This document shows, one piece after another, positions 1-9,054 of a DNA stretch of 64,000 bases. A model generated the notes under the pieces. It searched no databases and was not told the DNA's origin. It saw only the letters and a list, made by a program, of their open reading frames with translations. A program made the position numbers and the translations under genes. Source of the stretch: Elainellaceae cyanobacterium (GTDB lineage: Bacteria > Cyanobacteriota > Cyanobacteriia > CAKZMO01); contig JBHJHD010000085.1 of NCBI GenBank assembly GCA_050331115.1, forward strand, positions 8,093 to 72,092, read 5' to 3'. Each line of letters opens with the position of its first letter. The first letter of the stretch is position 1.

Positions 1-2453
1 GCCGTCATTGGATCTCCGTCCGGGTCGTCGAGCATCGCTTGGGCGATGGCCGCCTGCTCCCGCGACTGAGACTGCTGTAGCTGGGCCGTCTGGAGTAGGC
101 GACCTTTAGTCGTGCTGTAGTACTGAGAGAAGCCCGCCAGCAGAGCCACGGTCAAAATGCAGGGCAGGGCAAGCTGCAGCCGCCGCCGCTCCCAATGCGA
201 TCGCTGACTAGCGGCGCGGCTGAGGGCGACATATTGCTTTACCACGCGGGAAGAGGTGCAGCCAGGCTGGCAAAGAAACTCCTCCGCATCCATCAGGCGA
301 CTGCCCTGAAGCAGGTACTCAGGATGGTCGGGCTGCCCAGCCCGATTCCACGCCGTCGCTCCCTGCTCCAAGCTCCGCTGCCGCCGTAGACTGTCGCGGT
401 TCTCGTTGAGCCAGCCTTGAAGCAATGACCAGCGGCGAATAAGGGCTTCATGGACAATATCCACCGTCTCGCGATCGCCTATTTTGCGATCGCCTAATTC
501 GTGGTCATCCCAGTTCCAGCCAATTTGGTCGTCTACAGCTCCGCCTAGCGCCTGAACATTGAGGCTCTCGCTGAGCTGCCCTGCCTCGCCTAACGCTTCG
601 CAATCCCTGCTTCCCAGATCCTGGTGACTTGTGACCACCAGCTTCTCGCCCACCAAGATTTCTAGGGTCTCCTCAATCGCCTGGGGATCGTGGGCCAGCT
701 GTAGAAGATAGGACTTGAGCACGCGCCGCCGCGTATCCTCTGTGCCATCGCCGAGCTGGGTGAGGGCCAGAAAAATGCTCTTGGCGATCGCCTGATGGGC
801 CGGGGAAAGCCCCTCAAACACCTGAGAGGCGCGGTTGTGCAGCGTGCCGTGAATGCCCCCCAAGGCCGTGTAGGCCGACTGAGTGAGGGTATTTTGCTGG
901 CGCTGCTGCCAGAGCTGCCTCAGCGCGTACTGAAGCAGCGGCAGCTCTCCCGGTGCGCCCACCACGTCGAACAAAATGGCGTAAATCAGGTGGGGCTCGC
1001 ACTGGAGGCTCACCTTTTGGGCCGGCTTGAGAATCGCCGCTTTGAGCTGCTCGTAGTTGAGAGGGAGTACCCTCAGGAGCCCCGGCGTCATCGCCGCCGC
1101 CAGCGCTGAGTTTTGAAGGCAGTGGCTCAAGAAGTCGGCCCGCAGCCCGATGACGACCCGGAAGCAGTCGTAGGCGTCGCGCAGCGCATAGAGTAGGGCG
1201 TCGATCATCTGCCGTCGCTCGGCCTGGGCACGGGCGCTTTGGCATAGGGTAAACAGCTCCTCAAACTGATCGATTACCAGCACAAAGCGCGGGCGCGGTC
1301 CTAGGCCGCTGGCGCTCTCTCGCAGTAGGTTGCCCCGCAGCAGCTGGGTGAGCCCCGGCCCCCCGTCTTGAAGAAACTGCTCGGCCCGCCGCAGCTGCTC
1401 GGCCCGCTCTAGGCCAGCGCTGTCGGGGTCAATGAAGGCAGCGGCGAGCTGCTTCAGAGGGCGATCGCCGGGCACCATGAGCCGGACGCGCCAGCGATCG
1501 CTTTGGGGGAACGCCTGCCCCCGCTTCATTTGGGCTATGAGGCCAGCCCGCAAGAGGGATGACTTGCCGCTGCCCGACGGCCCCACCAGCGTCACCAGCG
1601 GTCGGGTCACCATCTCATCGATCAGGGCGCGAGCCAGCTTTTCCCGCCCAAAAAAGTAGTCGGCGTGACAGACGTCAAACGGGGCAAGGCCGGGGTAGGG
1701 GCAGCAGTCTTCTACCGGGCGGCGGTGTCGCTGCTCGCCGCTAGCGGTGAGCAGAATCTCCCCCCCAGAATTTTCGAACAGCGGCTGCTGCGTCTGACCG
1801 CGAAGCGCGCGGCTCACCCCGCTGGTAAGGGAGTAGTTAGTGACCCGGCCCGCGGCGTGACAGCGGGGGTCGAGCGTCTCCAAGATAGCCTGGGTAAGAA
1901 CGCTGTGGTCGCTGGTGAGCGACTCGTAGGCGGCCTCGTACTCGCGGCAGGCCACCATAAACATGCGGTCGGTGCCGGGGCGAGCGCCGGGATCTGCCTC
2001 TGAAAAGGTGAGCAGCTCGCCGCTGTGGCAGCAGTCGAGGATGACAATGCGCTGACACACCGGACTCTCCTGCAGCAGCCGCCGCAGCCAGAAGAGAGAC
2101 AGCCCCGCTGCCCCAGCCTCAGGCTGCGACTCCGACAGAGCCAGGTAGCCCTCCCGAATGCCAGCGTCGCGCTGGATGCCGTGGCCAGAGAAATAGAATA
2201 ATGCCGTTTGGGGAATGTTAGCGCCGCTGGGCTTGAAGAGCCGAATCAAAGCCGCCTCAAGCTCCGGCAAGGTCACAGGCGATCGCCGCCCGACGGTAGT
2301 TCTTCCCTCGCGGACCGCCTCAGGAAGACGCTGAACGCGAAAGTCGCCGTACTGTTCCAAAAGGGCGGCGATCGCGGTCGCGTCATTGGCCGATGTCTTC
2401 AATTTCGGCAAATATTGATAGGTATTGATGCCAACCGTTAGAGCGTCTTTCAT
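1..2453 (-). CDS. Caspase-like (peptidase C14) / STAND P-loop NTPase fusion protein; first ~817 aa only, and the frame continues past the left window edge
   Basis: Absent from the ORF track because there is no stop in the window. Hand translation of the minus strand from ATG 2453..2451 gives MKDALTVGINTYQYLPKLKTSANDATAIAALLEQYGDF... Caspase His box YFSGHG (His codon 2183..2181) and Cys box DCCHSG (2036..2019). Walker A GPSGSGKSS (Lys codon 1565..1563) and Walker B FVLVIDQFEE (Asp codon 1271..1269). Helical HEALIRRWSLLQGWL region, then one hydrophobic helix LALPCILTVALLAGF (about nt 180..125). Open to nt 1. Confidence 0.85.
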   Translation of the reverse strand, partial: MKDALTVGINTYQYLPKLKTSANDATAIAALLEQYGDFRVQRLPEAVREGRTTVGRRSPVTLPELEAALIRLFKPSGANIPQTALFYFSGHGIQRDAGIREGYLALSESQPEAGAAGLSLFWLRRLLQESPVCQRIVILDCCHSGELLTFSEADPGARPGTDRMFMVACREYEAAYESLTSDHSVLTQAILETLDPRCHAAGRVTNYSLTSGVSRALRGQTQQPLFENSGGEILLTASGEQRHRRPVEDCCPYPGLAPFDVCHADYFFGREKLARALIDEMVTRPLVTLVGPSGSGKSSLLRAGLIAQMKRGQAFPQSDRWRVRLMVPGDRPLKQLAAAFIDPDSAGLERAEQLRRAEQFLQDGGPGLTQLLRGNLLRESASGLGPRPRFVLVIDQFEELFTLCQSARAQAERRQMIDALLYALRDAYDCFRVVIGLRADFLSHCLQNSALAAAMTPGLLRVLPLNYEQLKAAILKPAQKVSLQCEPHLIYAILFDVVGAPGELPLLQYALRQLWQQRQQNTLTQSAYTALGGIHGTLHNRASQVFEGLSPAHQAIAKSIFLALTQLGDGTEDTRRRVLKSYLLQLAHDPQAIEETLEILVGEKLVVTSHQDLGSRDCEALGEAGQLSESLNVQALGGAVDDQIGWNWDDHELGDRKIGDRETVDIVHEALIRRWSLLQGWLNENRDSLRRQRSLEQGATAWNRAGQPDHPEYLLQGSRLMDAEEFLCQPGCTSSRVVKQYVALSRAASQRSHWERRRLQLALPCILTVALLAGFSQYYSTTKGRLLQTAQLQQSQSREQAAIAQAMLDDPDGDPMT

Positions 2454-3189
2454 TGCTTGCGTGATCCTACAGGCGACGTGAGTGGCAAAGCCTGCGAGGC
2501 CCGTGGGGACGGAGCTCGCGAAGAAAACCAGGGCTAGATTATGAACCGCAAGACGATAGATCAGGCGGCTATTCTGAAGGCCCACCTCAGATATGAGCAA
2601 CTTAGCTCGATGCGAACGACTGAGTAATGAGATGTGCCAAATACAACGGACTTAAGGCTCAACGACATAAGTCAAAGTTGAGGTATCAAATAGGAGCTGA
2701 AACGACAAGCTGCTCATCGAGCGCGGTAAAAACCGATCTCCAAAAAAGTCAGCTTCTATTTCAGATAAGCGTGAATTTTACTGCGTCAAACCGCGTGTTT
2801 ATTCAGCTGACCTTTTCCTTATGTTTAGACCATATCCAAGCGGTTAGAGGTTTGCAAAGGGGGTGAAACCCAACTTAGGACTCACCCACCGCAGATAGAG
2901 ATTGACAATCAAATGAAACATCTAAGGGAATAAGCGGAATCTTTTAGGTGAAATAATCCGATATCAGTAGAAACTGGGTTGTGCTATGGCATAAACGGCA
3001 AATTTCAGGCCTATTCTGAGTCGTACTGCGTCTGTAATGTTACATAGAGAACACAACGCCATACAATTAAGAAAAATAATTTAAATAAAATACTTGAGTT
3101 AAGTTGGCTGGAGCCAAAAGCATGAGGAAGTAAGGTGCCAGCGCCCGAACCCCGTTGACGACCGCGCAATCCAGCTAAAATAGAAGGCG

Positions 3190-4929
3190 TTGCATTTGTC
3201 GGTCGCCTGCGTCGACCCATCGCCTATCGAAACGATTTATGGACAGGTCCAAGGCCTAAAGCCCAGCCAGCTCAAACAGCTCCGGCGGCTCTACCATCAG
3301 CGACTGCCCCGCGATCGCGTCACAACGCCCGAGTTTGCCCAGCGCCTCGCCGCCGCTAGCCAGAGCATCGATCAGCCCCTTTGCGCCTACGTCGATCGGC
3401 GGGGGCACGTCACTAGAGTGGGGGTCGGCTCGCCTCGCCAGACCCAAATTCCACCCATAGAGCTGCCGCGCTACGGCGCAGAGCGATTGTGCGGTCTCCG
3501 CTGCCTGGCCACCCAGCTTAGCCCCGACCCGCCTACCGACGCCACGCTAACGGCGATGGCCATTCAGCGACTCGACGCCCTGGCCATTCTCACCCTCTCG
3601 GGCCAGGGTTTCCAGCGCCGGGGCGGGGGCGGCGCCGGCTATGTCGACGGCGGCTATCTTGCCCATCTGGTGCCCCAGGAGCGCTGGACGGTGTCGCCCC
3701 CCACGACGCTGGACGACATCGCCAATCAAGACTTTATTGATTTGGTTGAGGGTCTAGAAGAAGAGTTTCGCCGCGAGTTCGTAGCCCAGCAGGTAGACAC
3801 CGACCACGACCGGGTCCTGGTGGTGGGGGTCGTCACTAAGGGGCTGACGCAGCGGGAGTTTAGCGATCGCCTGGCGGAGGTGGGTCGCTTGGTGAATACG
3901 GCGGGGGGTGACGTGATTGAAACCCTATCTCAAAAGCGATCGCACCTGCACCCGCAGACCGTAGTGGGGGAAGGTAAGGTGCAGGAAATTGCCCTAGCGG
4001 CCCAAACTACAGGGGCAAATTTAGTGGTGTTTGCCCAGGACCTCTCCCCTGCCCAGGTGCGCAACCTGGAGTCGCGCATCGGCCTGCGCGTGGTAGACCG
4101 CACCGAGGTAATTCTGGATATCTTCGCCCAAAGGGCCCAGACCGGAGCCGGAAAGCTGCAGGTGGAGCTGGCCCAGCTGGAGTATCTGATGCCGCGCCTC
4201 ATCGGTCGGGGACGGGCGATGTCGCGGCTAGGGGGCGGTATTGGCACCCGAGGCCCTGGTGAAACCAAGCTGGAGACCGAGCGCCGCACCATTCAGCGTC
4301 GCATCTCCCGGCTGCAAAAAGACGTCAACCAGCTTCAGGCCCATCGAGGGCGGCTGCGGCAGCAGCGCCAAAACCAAGAGGTGACCTCGGTGGCGGTGGT
4401 GGGCTACACCAACGCGGGAAAGTCGACGCTGCTCAACGCCCTGACCAACGCCCAGGTCTACACGGCAGACCAGCTGTTCGCCACGCTGGACCCGACGACG
4501 CGGCGGCTGAGCGTGCCCCATGCAGAGACCAGCGACCTCGTACCGCTGGTGCTCACCGATACGGTGGGCTTTATCCACGAGCTACCCCCCTCGCTCATGG
4601 ACGCCTTTCGCGCCACCCTGGAGGAGGTGACGGAGGCAGACGTGCTGCTGCATGTGGTCGATCTCTCCCACCCGGCGTGGCAAAGCCAGATTCACGCGGT
4701 GGAGTCCATTTTGGGGGACCTAGAGCTGACGCCGGGGCTGAACCTGCTGGTCTTCAATAAGCTGGACCAGGTGGACAGCGAGGTGCTAGAGACCGCTAAG
4801 ACGCTCTACCCCGAGGCCGTGTTTGTGTCGGCCCGCGATCGCTTGGGTCTAGAAACGCTGCGGCAGCGGTTGGGGAAGCTGGTGACGGAGGCGTCGGGGG
4901 TGGATTTGATTTTACCTGCGGTAGATTGA
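3190..4929 (+). CDS. hflX: GTPase HflX
   Basis: 579-aa ORF. HflX N-domain LVVFAQDLSPAQVRNLE...ILDIFAQRAQT..GKLQVELAQLEYLMPRL. G1 VGYTNAGKSTLLNALT, G3 DTVGF, G4 FNKLD. The start is TTG at 3190 (or 3196) and is uncertain. Confidence 0.9.
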   Translation: MHLSVACVDPSPIETIYGQVQGLKPSQLKQLRRLYHQRLPRDRVTTPEFAQRLAAASQSIDQPLCAYVDRRGHVTRVGVGSPRQTQIPPIELPRYGAERLCGLRCLATQLSPDPPTDATLTAMAIQRLDALAILTLSGQGFQRRGGGGAGYVDGGYLAHLVPQERWTVSPPTTLDDIANQDFIDLVEGLEEEFRREFVAQQVDTDHDRVLVVGVVTKGLTQREFSDRLAEVGRLVNTAGGDVIETLSQKRSHLHPQTVVGEGKVQEIALAAQTTGANLVVFAQDLSPAQVRNLESRIGLRVVDRTEVILDIFAQRAQTGAGKLQVELAQLEYLMPRLIGRGRAMSRLGGGIGTRGPGETKLETERRTIQRRISRLQKDVNQLQAHRGRLRQQRQNQEVTSVAVVGYTNAGKSTLLNALTNAQVYTADQLFATLDPTTRRLSVPHAETSDLVPLVLTDTVGFIHELPPSLMDAFRATLEEVTEADVLLHVVDLSHPAWQSQIHAVESILGDLELTPGLNLLVFNKLDQVDSEVLETAKTLYPEAVFVSARDRLGLETLRQRLGKLVTEASGVDLILPAVD

Positions 4930-4934
4930 TTTAA

Positions 4935-5318
4935 ATGAAGATTGATAGCCTCGATCACTTGGTGCTCACCGTTAAGGACATAGACGCCACCGCACGGTTC
5001 TACTCAACGGTGTTGGGTATGAAAACCGTTACGTTTGCGGCCGGGCGTATGGCGCTCTTATTCGGCATACAGAAGATCAATCTGCATCAATGTGGCAAGG
5101 AGTTTGAGCCAAAGGCGCAACAGCCCACTCCGGGTTCTGCTGACCTATGTTTTCTGACTTCTGTTCCTTTATCTGAGATCGTACCTCACCTTGCCAAATC
5201 TGGAGTCCACGTCATTGAAGGCCCTGTTCAACGCACTGGAGCCACTGGTCCAATTATTTCGGTCTACTTCCGCGACCCAGACATGAATCTTATCGAGGTT
5301 TCAAGTCGGCTGCCGTGA
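4935..5318 (+). CDS. VOC (glyoxalase/bleomycin-resistance/dioxygenase) family protein
   Basis: 127 aa. N-terminus [29 protein letters not shown] and C-terminus [12 protein letters not shown] are typical of the VOC fold. The ATG lies 5 nt after the hflX stop. Confidence 0.8.
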   Translation: MKIDSLDHLVLTVKDIDATARFYSTVLGMKTVTFAAGRMALLFGIQKINLHQCGKEFEPKAQQPTPGSADLCFLTSVPLSEIVPHLAKSGVHVIEGPVQRTGATGPIISVYFRDPDMNLIEVSSRLP

Positions 5319-5412
5319 GCGCAGAGCGTTACAGGGCGTTTGACGCCGCGATTAGGATGGACCGCCAGCAGCAGCCAATTGAGACATTGAGGTAATTTTG
5401 GGTAAAAGTGAG

Positions 5413-5685
5413 ATGAACAGTATCGCCCGCTTATTCACCCTGCTAGCCGTAACATCGTGTGGATGCGTCTTAGCATCAGATTCTATGGCAAACGAAAATA
5501 ATCAGGACCCATGGGTAATTAGAACTGATTTTTCAAACGAGGTTGAATGGGAGACTGTGCGCGAGCTGATTGCTGCTCCACAGATGTATGGTGATCAAAA
5601 GTTCTATGCGTATGTCCGATACGTCAGCGACGAAAAATTCGCTGGAGCGCAACCTGAGAACCTCGTTTGCTCTGAGCAAACTTAG
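5413..5685 (+). CDS. Small putative lipoprotein, possibly a truncated DUF6924-like protein
   Basis: ATG at 5413. Signal peptide MNSIARLFTLLAVTSCG with lipobox VTSC. The mature part WVIRTDFSNEVEWETVRELIAAP...YAYVRYVSDEKFAGAQPENL resembles, from memory, the N-half of DUF6924-type proteins but ends early. Lower GC than the flanks. Confidence 0.4.
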   Translation: MNSIARLFTLLAVTSCGCVLASDSMANENNQDPWVIRTDFSNEVEWETVRELIAAPQMYGDQKFYAYVRYVSDEKFAGAQPENLVCSEQT

Positions 5686-5690
5686 GCCAA

Positions 5691-5741
5691 CAACAAAAAA
5701 CAGACCGTCCTTATAAATTCACGAATTTAAAGGACGGTCTG
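5691..5741 (-). terminator. Rho-independent terminator downstream of the LTD/beta-helix gene, between convergent genes
   Basis: Minus strand reads CAGACCGTCCTTTAAATTC-GT-GAATTTATAAGGACGGTCTG followed by TTTTTTGTTGTTGG. The stem is about 19 bp with one bulged base, and the T-run comes from plus-strand A-run 5695-5700. Confidence 0.75.
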
Positions 5742-5788
5742 GCTATGGGGGTGCGATCGCATCCCCGCTAATTCACAGGCAGTCGCTG

Positions 5789-7702
5789 TTAGGCAATCGT
5801 ATTGCCGCTACCATTATCGACAACATCGACGCTCAGACCACCCAGGTCGAGAACGTTATTGTCACCGTTGATGACGATAGCGCCGCTACCGTTACCCTCA
5901 AAGCCGCTGCTGCCACCGAGCGTAATCTGGTTGCTGTCACCTGAGATATCTATACCCCACTCACCGTTATCAGCGATGATGACATCCATCATCTCAAGAG
6001 TGTTGCCGTTGCCTAGAATTTCGACACCGTCCTCATCGTTCATAAGGAAAGCCGTCTCACTCACGGTGATGCTATTGTCTTCACCGGTTAAATCGATTGA
6101 CAGACCGCTAGACCCATTGGATAGCAGGAAGCTGTCCTCAATTGTGACTTGGTTTTCGTCACCATCAATTTCAAAGCCCTGCTCGGTGTTATCAAACGAC
6201 TCAACATCCATCCATCTGATGGTATTGTCACGACCAAAGACATCGAAGCCGTCGTCGCCATTACCTCGGAAACCGCTCTCCGTTACCTCTACAGTGTTAC
6301 CAGTTCCCCTAAAGTCGATATCAAAGCCATCGTCACCGTTATCTCCGAAGATACTTCTGCCTTGAATAAAGACCTGATTATCGCGACCGTCAATCTCAAA
6401 GCCTTCTTCAACATTACCGTCAGAAGAGATATTATCTAGGGTCACGACGGTATTCGACCCCTCAATGTCGATGCCATCATCGCCGTTGGCACGGAAGGAG
6501 CTAGCGGTGAGAGTATACTCGTTGCCAACAGCCGTGATGTCGTCGCCGAAGCCGTCACCGCCGTTGTTAGCAAAGAGGCTAGCGAACGCAGTCAACGTGT
6601 TGAAGCTGCCATCAAACTCGGCACCGTCTTCAGCGTTTCCTGTTGAGGATGCGCTGGAGAGTTCGAAGACATTCTCGTTACCAAAAACGTCAATGCCGTC
6701 ATCCGAGTTACCGAAAAACGCGGAGTCGTCAATGGCAAAAGTGTTGCCTAGGCCTGTCCGAGGGATAACCAGGCCATCTACGTTTGATTCAAATTCGCTG
6801 AGCGTGATAGCAACTTCGTTGCCATCGCCATCGACTTCAAGCCCCCCCTCTTCATTGAAAGCAAGTTCCGTGCGAAATAGCGTCAGAAAACTATCTGTGG
6901 CAAATAGGTCGATCCCGTCGTTTGCGTTGCTGTTAAATTGGGATTCTTCTACAGATACGCTAACGCCGGTCAGGTCACCGCCGATATCAAGACCATCATC
7001 AGCGTTGTTGTCGGCAGCGACTTCAACAAGCGTGACATCTCCGGTTACAGAGAAACCATCTCCATCTGTACCGCTAAAAGATTCACCCTCAATTGCCGAA
7101 GGATCTTCACCAGCAGGCGGCTCTGTGGTGGGTTCCTCTGCTTCTACTGGATCGCCATCGCCAGGAGAACCTACCGCAGCTGTAGATTCATCGTTTTCTG
7201 TCAAAGTTGCGACGGCTCCGTTCTCTCCGGCTACGCTAAACGCGCCCAGCGTCACGTCCCAAGACTGACCACTGAAGTTGTTTGCGTTTGGATAGGCTTC
7301 AAACTCGAACGGCATATCTCCGGCAGATGGTATCCCAAGAAACAGACTAGCGCCGTCGCCGCCTTGGCTTAAGCCAGAACTGTTCGCCGCCGAACCAATT
7401 TCAAGGTTGGTCAAGTCAACTACCGGGCTCCAGACAGAACGAAAGCCTTCAATGGCCGCGTCAACATCTTGAAGATCTACCAATGCGATAGCGGACTCAT
7501 TAGGTCCAATCTGGTCGATGCCTGAAATCAACACAGCATCGGCGGGGTCTTGAGACTCATCGTCGTAGTACAAATCTGGGTCGGTGCCAGAAACCCAAGC
7601 AGCGTCACCGGTATTCGTAATCTCGATCCAGTCTACAGTCAGATTTTCACCTGGCTCATTACCAGGCCAAAGCTCAGTGATTTGAAGGTTAGATTCTTCC
7701 AC
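5789..7702 (-). CDS. Acidic lamin-tail-domain (LTD) protein with right-handed parallel beta-helix repeats
   Basis: 637 aa. N-terminus ITELWPGNEPGENLTVDWIEITNTGDAAW...LYYDDES matches the LTD signature. The C-terminal ~430 aa are ~22-aa repeats (NGDDGIDI, GDDGFDV, EQGFEIDG, NxVxxxxS). GTG start 7702 is preceded by SD GGGAG (7707-7711 on plus). No signal peptide. Confidence 0.8.
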   Translation of the reverse strand: MEESNLQITELWPGNEPGENLTVDWIEITNTGDAAWVSGTDPDLYYDDESQDPADAVLISGIDQIGPNESAIALVDLQDVDAAIEGFRSVWSPVVDLTNLEIGSAANSSGLSQGGDGASLFLGIPSAGDMPFEFEAYPNANNFSGQSWDVTLGAFSVAGENGAVATLTENDESTAAVGSPGDGDPVEAEEPTTEPPAGEDPSAIEGESFSGTDGDGFSVTGDVTLVEVAADNNADDGLDIGGDLTGVSVSVEESQFNSNANDGIDLFATDSFLTLFRTELAFNEEGGLEVDGDGNEVAITLSEFESNVDGLVIPRTGLGNTFAIDDSAFFGNSDDGIDVFGNENVFELSSASSTGNAEDGAEFDGSFNTLTAFASLFANNGGDGFGDDITAVGNEYTLTASSFRANGDDGIDIEGSNTVVTLDNISSDGNVEEGFEIDGRDNQVFIQGRSIFGDNGDDGFDIDFRGTGNTVEVTESGFRGNGDDGFDVFGRDNTIRWMDVESFDNTEQGFEIDGDENQVTIEDSFLLSNGSSGLSIDLTGEDNSITVSETAFLMNDEDGVEILGNGNTLEMMDVIIADNGEWGIDISGDSNQITLGGSSGFEGNGSGAIVINGDNNVLDLGGLSVDVVDNGSGNTIA

Positions 7703-8278
7703 GATACTCCCAATGAATTATTAAGATGTCAGTAGCTGTAAAGACAATTTTTTTCACGGCCACAGCAATCAAAACAGCAAATCCCTAAGAGCAAGACAGC
7801 CATTGAGTAATCTCAAGATTCATTACGCCTACTCTATTGAATAGGACATCGCCCTTGACTCAAAGTCTTATGCTTAATGCGCTAGGACGCGCAAATATAC
7901 TGATAGATCAGAGCATTTGCTAAGCCAAAATAGATGAGGTTCGTATACGCTTCATCCTTCGATTGGCTTGCTATTTCTATTGTTGTAACCTTGAAATAAT
8001 TTTGTCTACGTAGACGTTAACACCAGGGCTATACGTGAATAACATCCTTTTGATATAGAGGGCGCTATTTCAACTGAAGGTCAAGCCCATACTTAAGTAC
8101 AGCCTGTAGATCAAGTTACGCATATAGAACTACGTATTGCATATCACAGCGGAGTCTTAACCTTAGGTAGTTCTTTGCGTCATTTAATTTTTTGTTCAAG
8201 TTTCGTTCACGCAGCCTTAATCTACTAAGTAGTAAGGTTAAAAATTACTAGTTTTCAGCTTCCGCACGGCGTAGGCCT

Positions 8279-8310
8279 GGGTATAGATGCCCTGTGCGGC
8301 ATCTATACCC
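8279..8310. repeat. Perfect 13-bp inverted repeat with a 6-nt loop
   Basis: GGGTATAGATGCC ctgtgc GGCATCTATACCC at the junction of the AT-rich spacer and the Uma2 relic. No U-run follows on either strand. Confidence 0.9.
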
Positions 8311-8339
8311 AAAAAGTCGATCAACGCGTCACGCGACTG

Positions 8340-8884
8340 TTTGCGCAGCTTTCCAGGGTTCTTGGCTCAGTCCTTAGCGATTGCTACCCAGTCAGAAGCC
8401 TCGATCAAGAGATACTCGTTATTGTCCTCCGCCAGGATTTGGGACACCCTGTTAGAAAGCGTGTTGCGCGGGATTCCGACAAAGCGATCCATTCCTCCTA
8501 AAGCCAAGATCGATAGTAGGCTTCCCTTCCCCCAGGCCATTGAGGTCAATGGCAATAGCTTTCATCTCACGGCTTTTGTACCGGAGCAAAATGATCTGGC
8601 TAGAGCGAAAAGGAGGAGAGGACATTAGCGGTAAGGAGGAGCTGCGCATAGTATACGGGCACTGGAGAATAGAGCGGCACAACACACCGCAGCTCCTGTA
8701 TGGCCTCGAACCGTTCCGGACGCTGATTGATGAAGTTGACCAAATTGCGCTGCAAGCGTGAGTGAAACAGTGTCGGCATTGGCTTTTGAACAGCGTACCC
8801 TTCTATCCATTCCCAAGCCGGCGACCCTTCAATATTTGGCAGCGCCAAAAACTGAGCTAGCGAGGTGATTGTCAAAGATGTCAT
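8340..8884 (-). pseudogene. Frameshifted Uma2-family (DUF820) endonuclease relic
   Basis: The first 94 codons (8884..8600) read MTSLTITSLAQFLALPNIEGSPAWEWIEGYAVQKPMPTLFHSRLQRNLVNFI...ELRC, which matches the Uma2 N-terminus. The frame then stops. A Uma2-like C-half (..NEYLLIEASDWVAIAK) is readable only in another frame (8555..8367), so at least two frameshifts are implied. The lower boundary is approximate. Confidence 0.5.
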
Positions 8885-9054
8885 AGCGGCTCCATCCCCG
8901 TCTTAGGTCACGCTGTGTCGCCATCGCTATGCTCAAGCAAACGCCGCCTCAATCCTATTGGAAAGCTCCGCGCCAACCCTCAGTTTTGGAAGCTTATTTG
9001 GGGCTCTTGAGGTAGTCTACAGAGTAGCCCCAAAAAGCGATCGCACCTCCCAAA

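Noticed and set aside
195-2441. About a dozen 60-143-aa ORFs listed by the track on both strands (e.g. 814..1245 -, 1665..2003 +).
   Set aside because: All lie inside, and out of frame with or antisense to, the continuous caspase-STAND frame that I translated by hand. Their Arg/Pro/Ala/Gly-rich composition is typical of off-frame reading of GC-rich coding DNA.
3155-3181. TTGACG ... TAAAAT promoter-like pair just upstream of hflX.
   Set aside because: The spacer is only 15 nt, and the -10 would sit 9 nt from the TTG start. That would imply a leaderless mRNA, which I cannot support from sequence alone.
5802-7372. Long plus-strand ORFs antisense to the LTD/beta-helix gene (187, 267 and 144 aa).
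   Set aside because: They are Ser/Pro/Leu-rich mirror images of the D/G/N/E repeat codons, with no start context. The minus-strand frame has recognisable LTD and beta-helix repeats, an SD and a terminator.
8195-8250. CGTTCAC ... AAGTAG string reminiscent of the glutamine (glnA) riboswitch.
   Set aside because: The complementary GGAAGGAACG closing segment is absent, and no glutamine-related gene follows.
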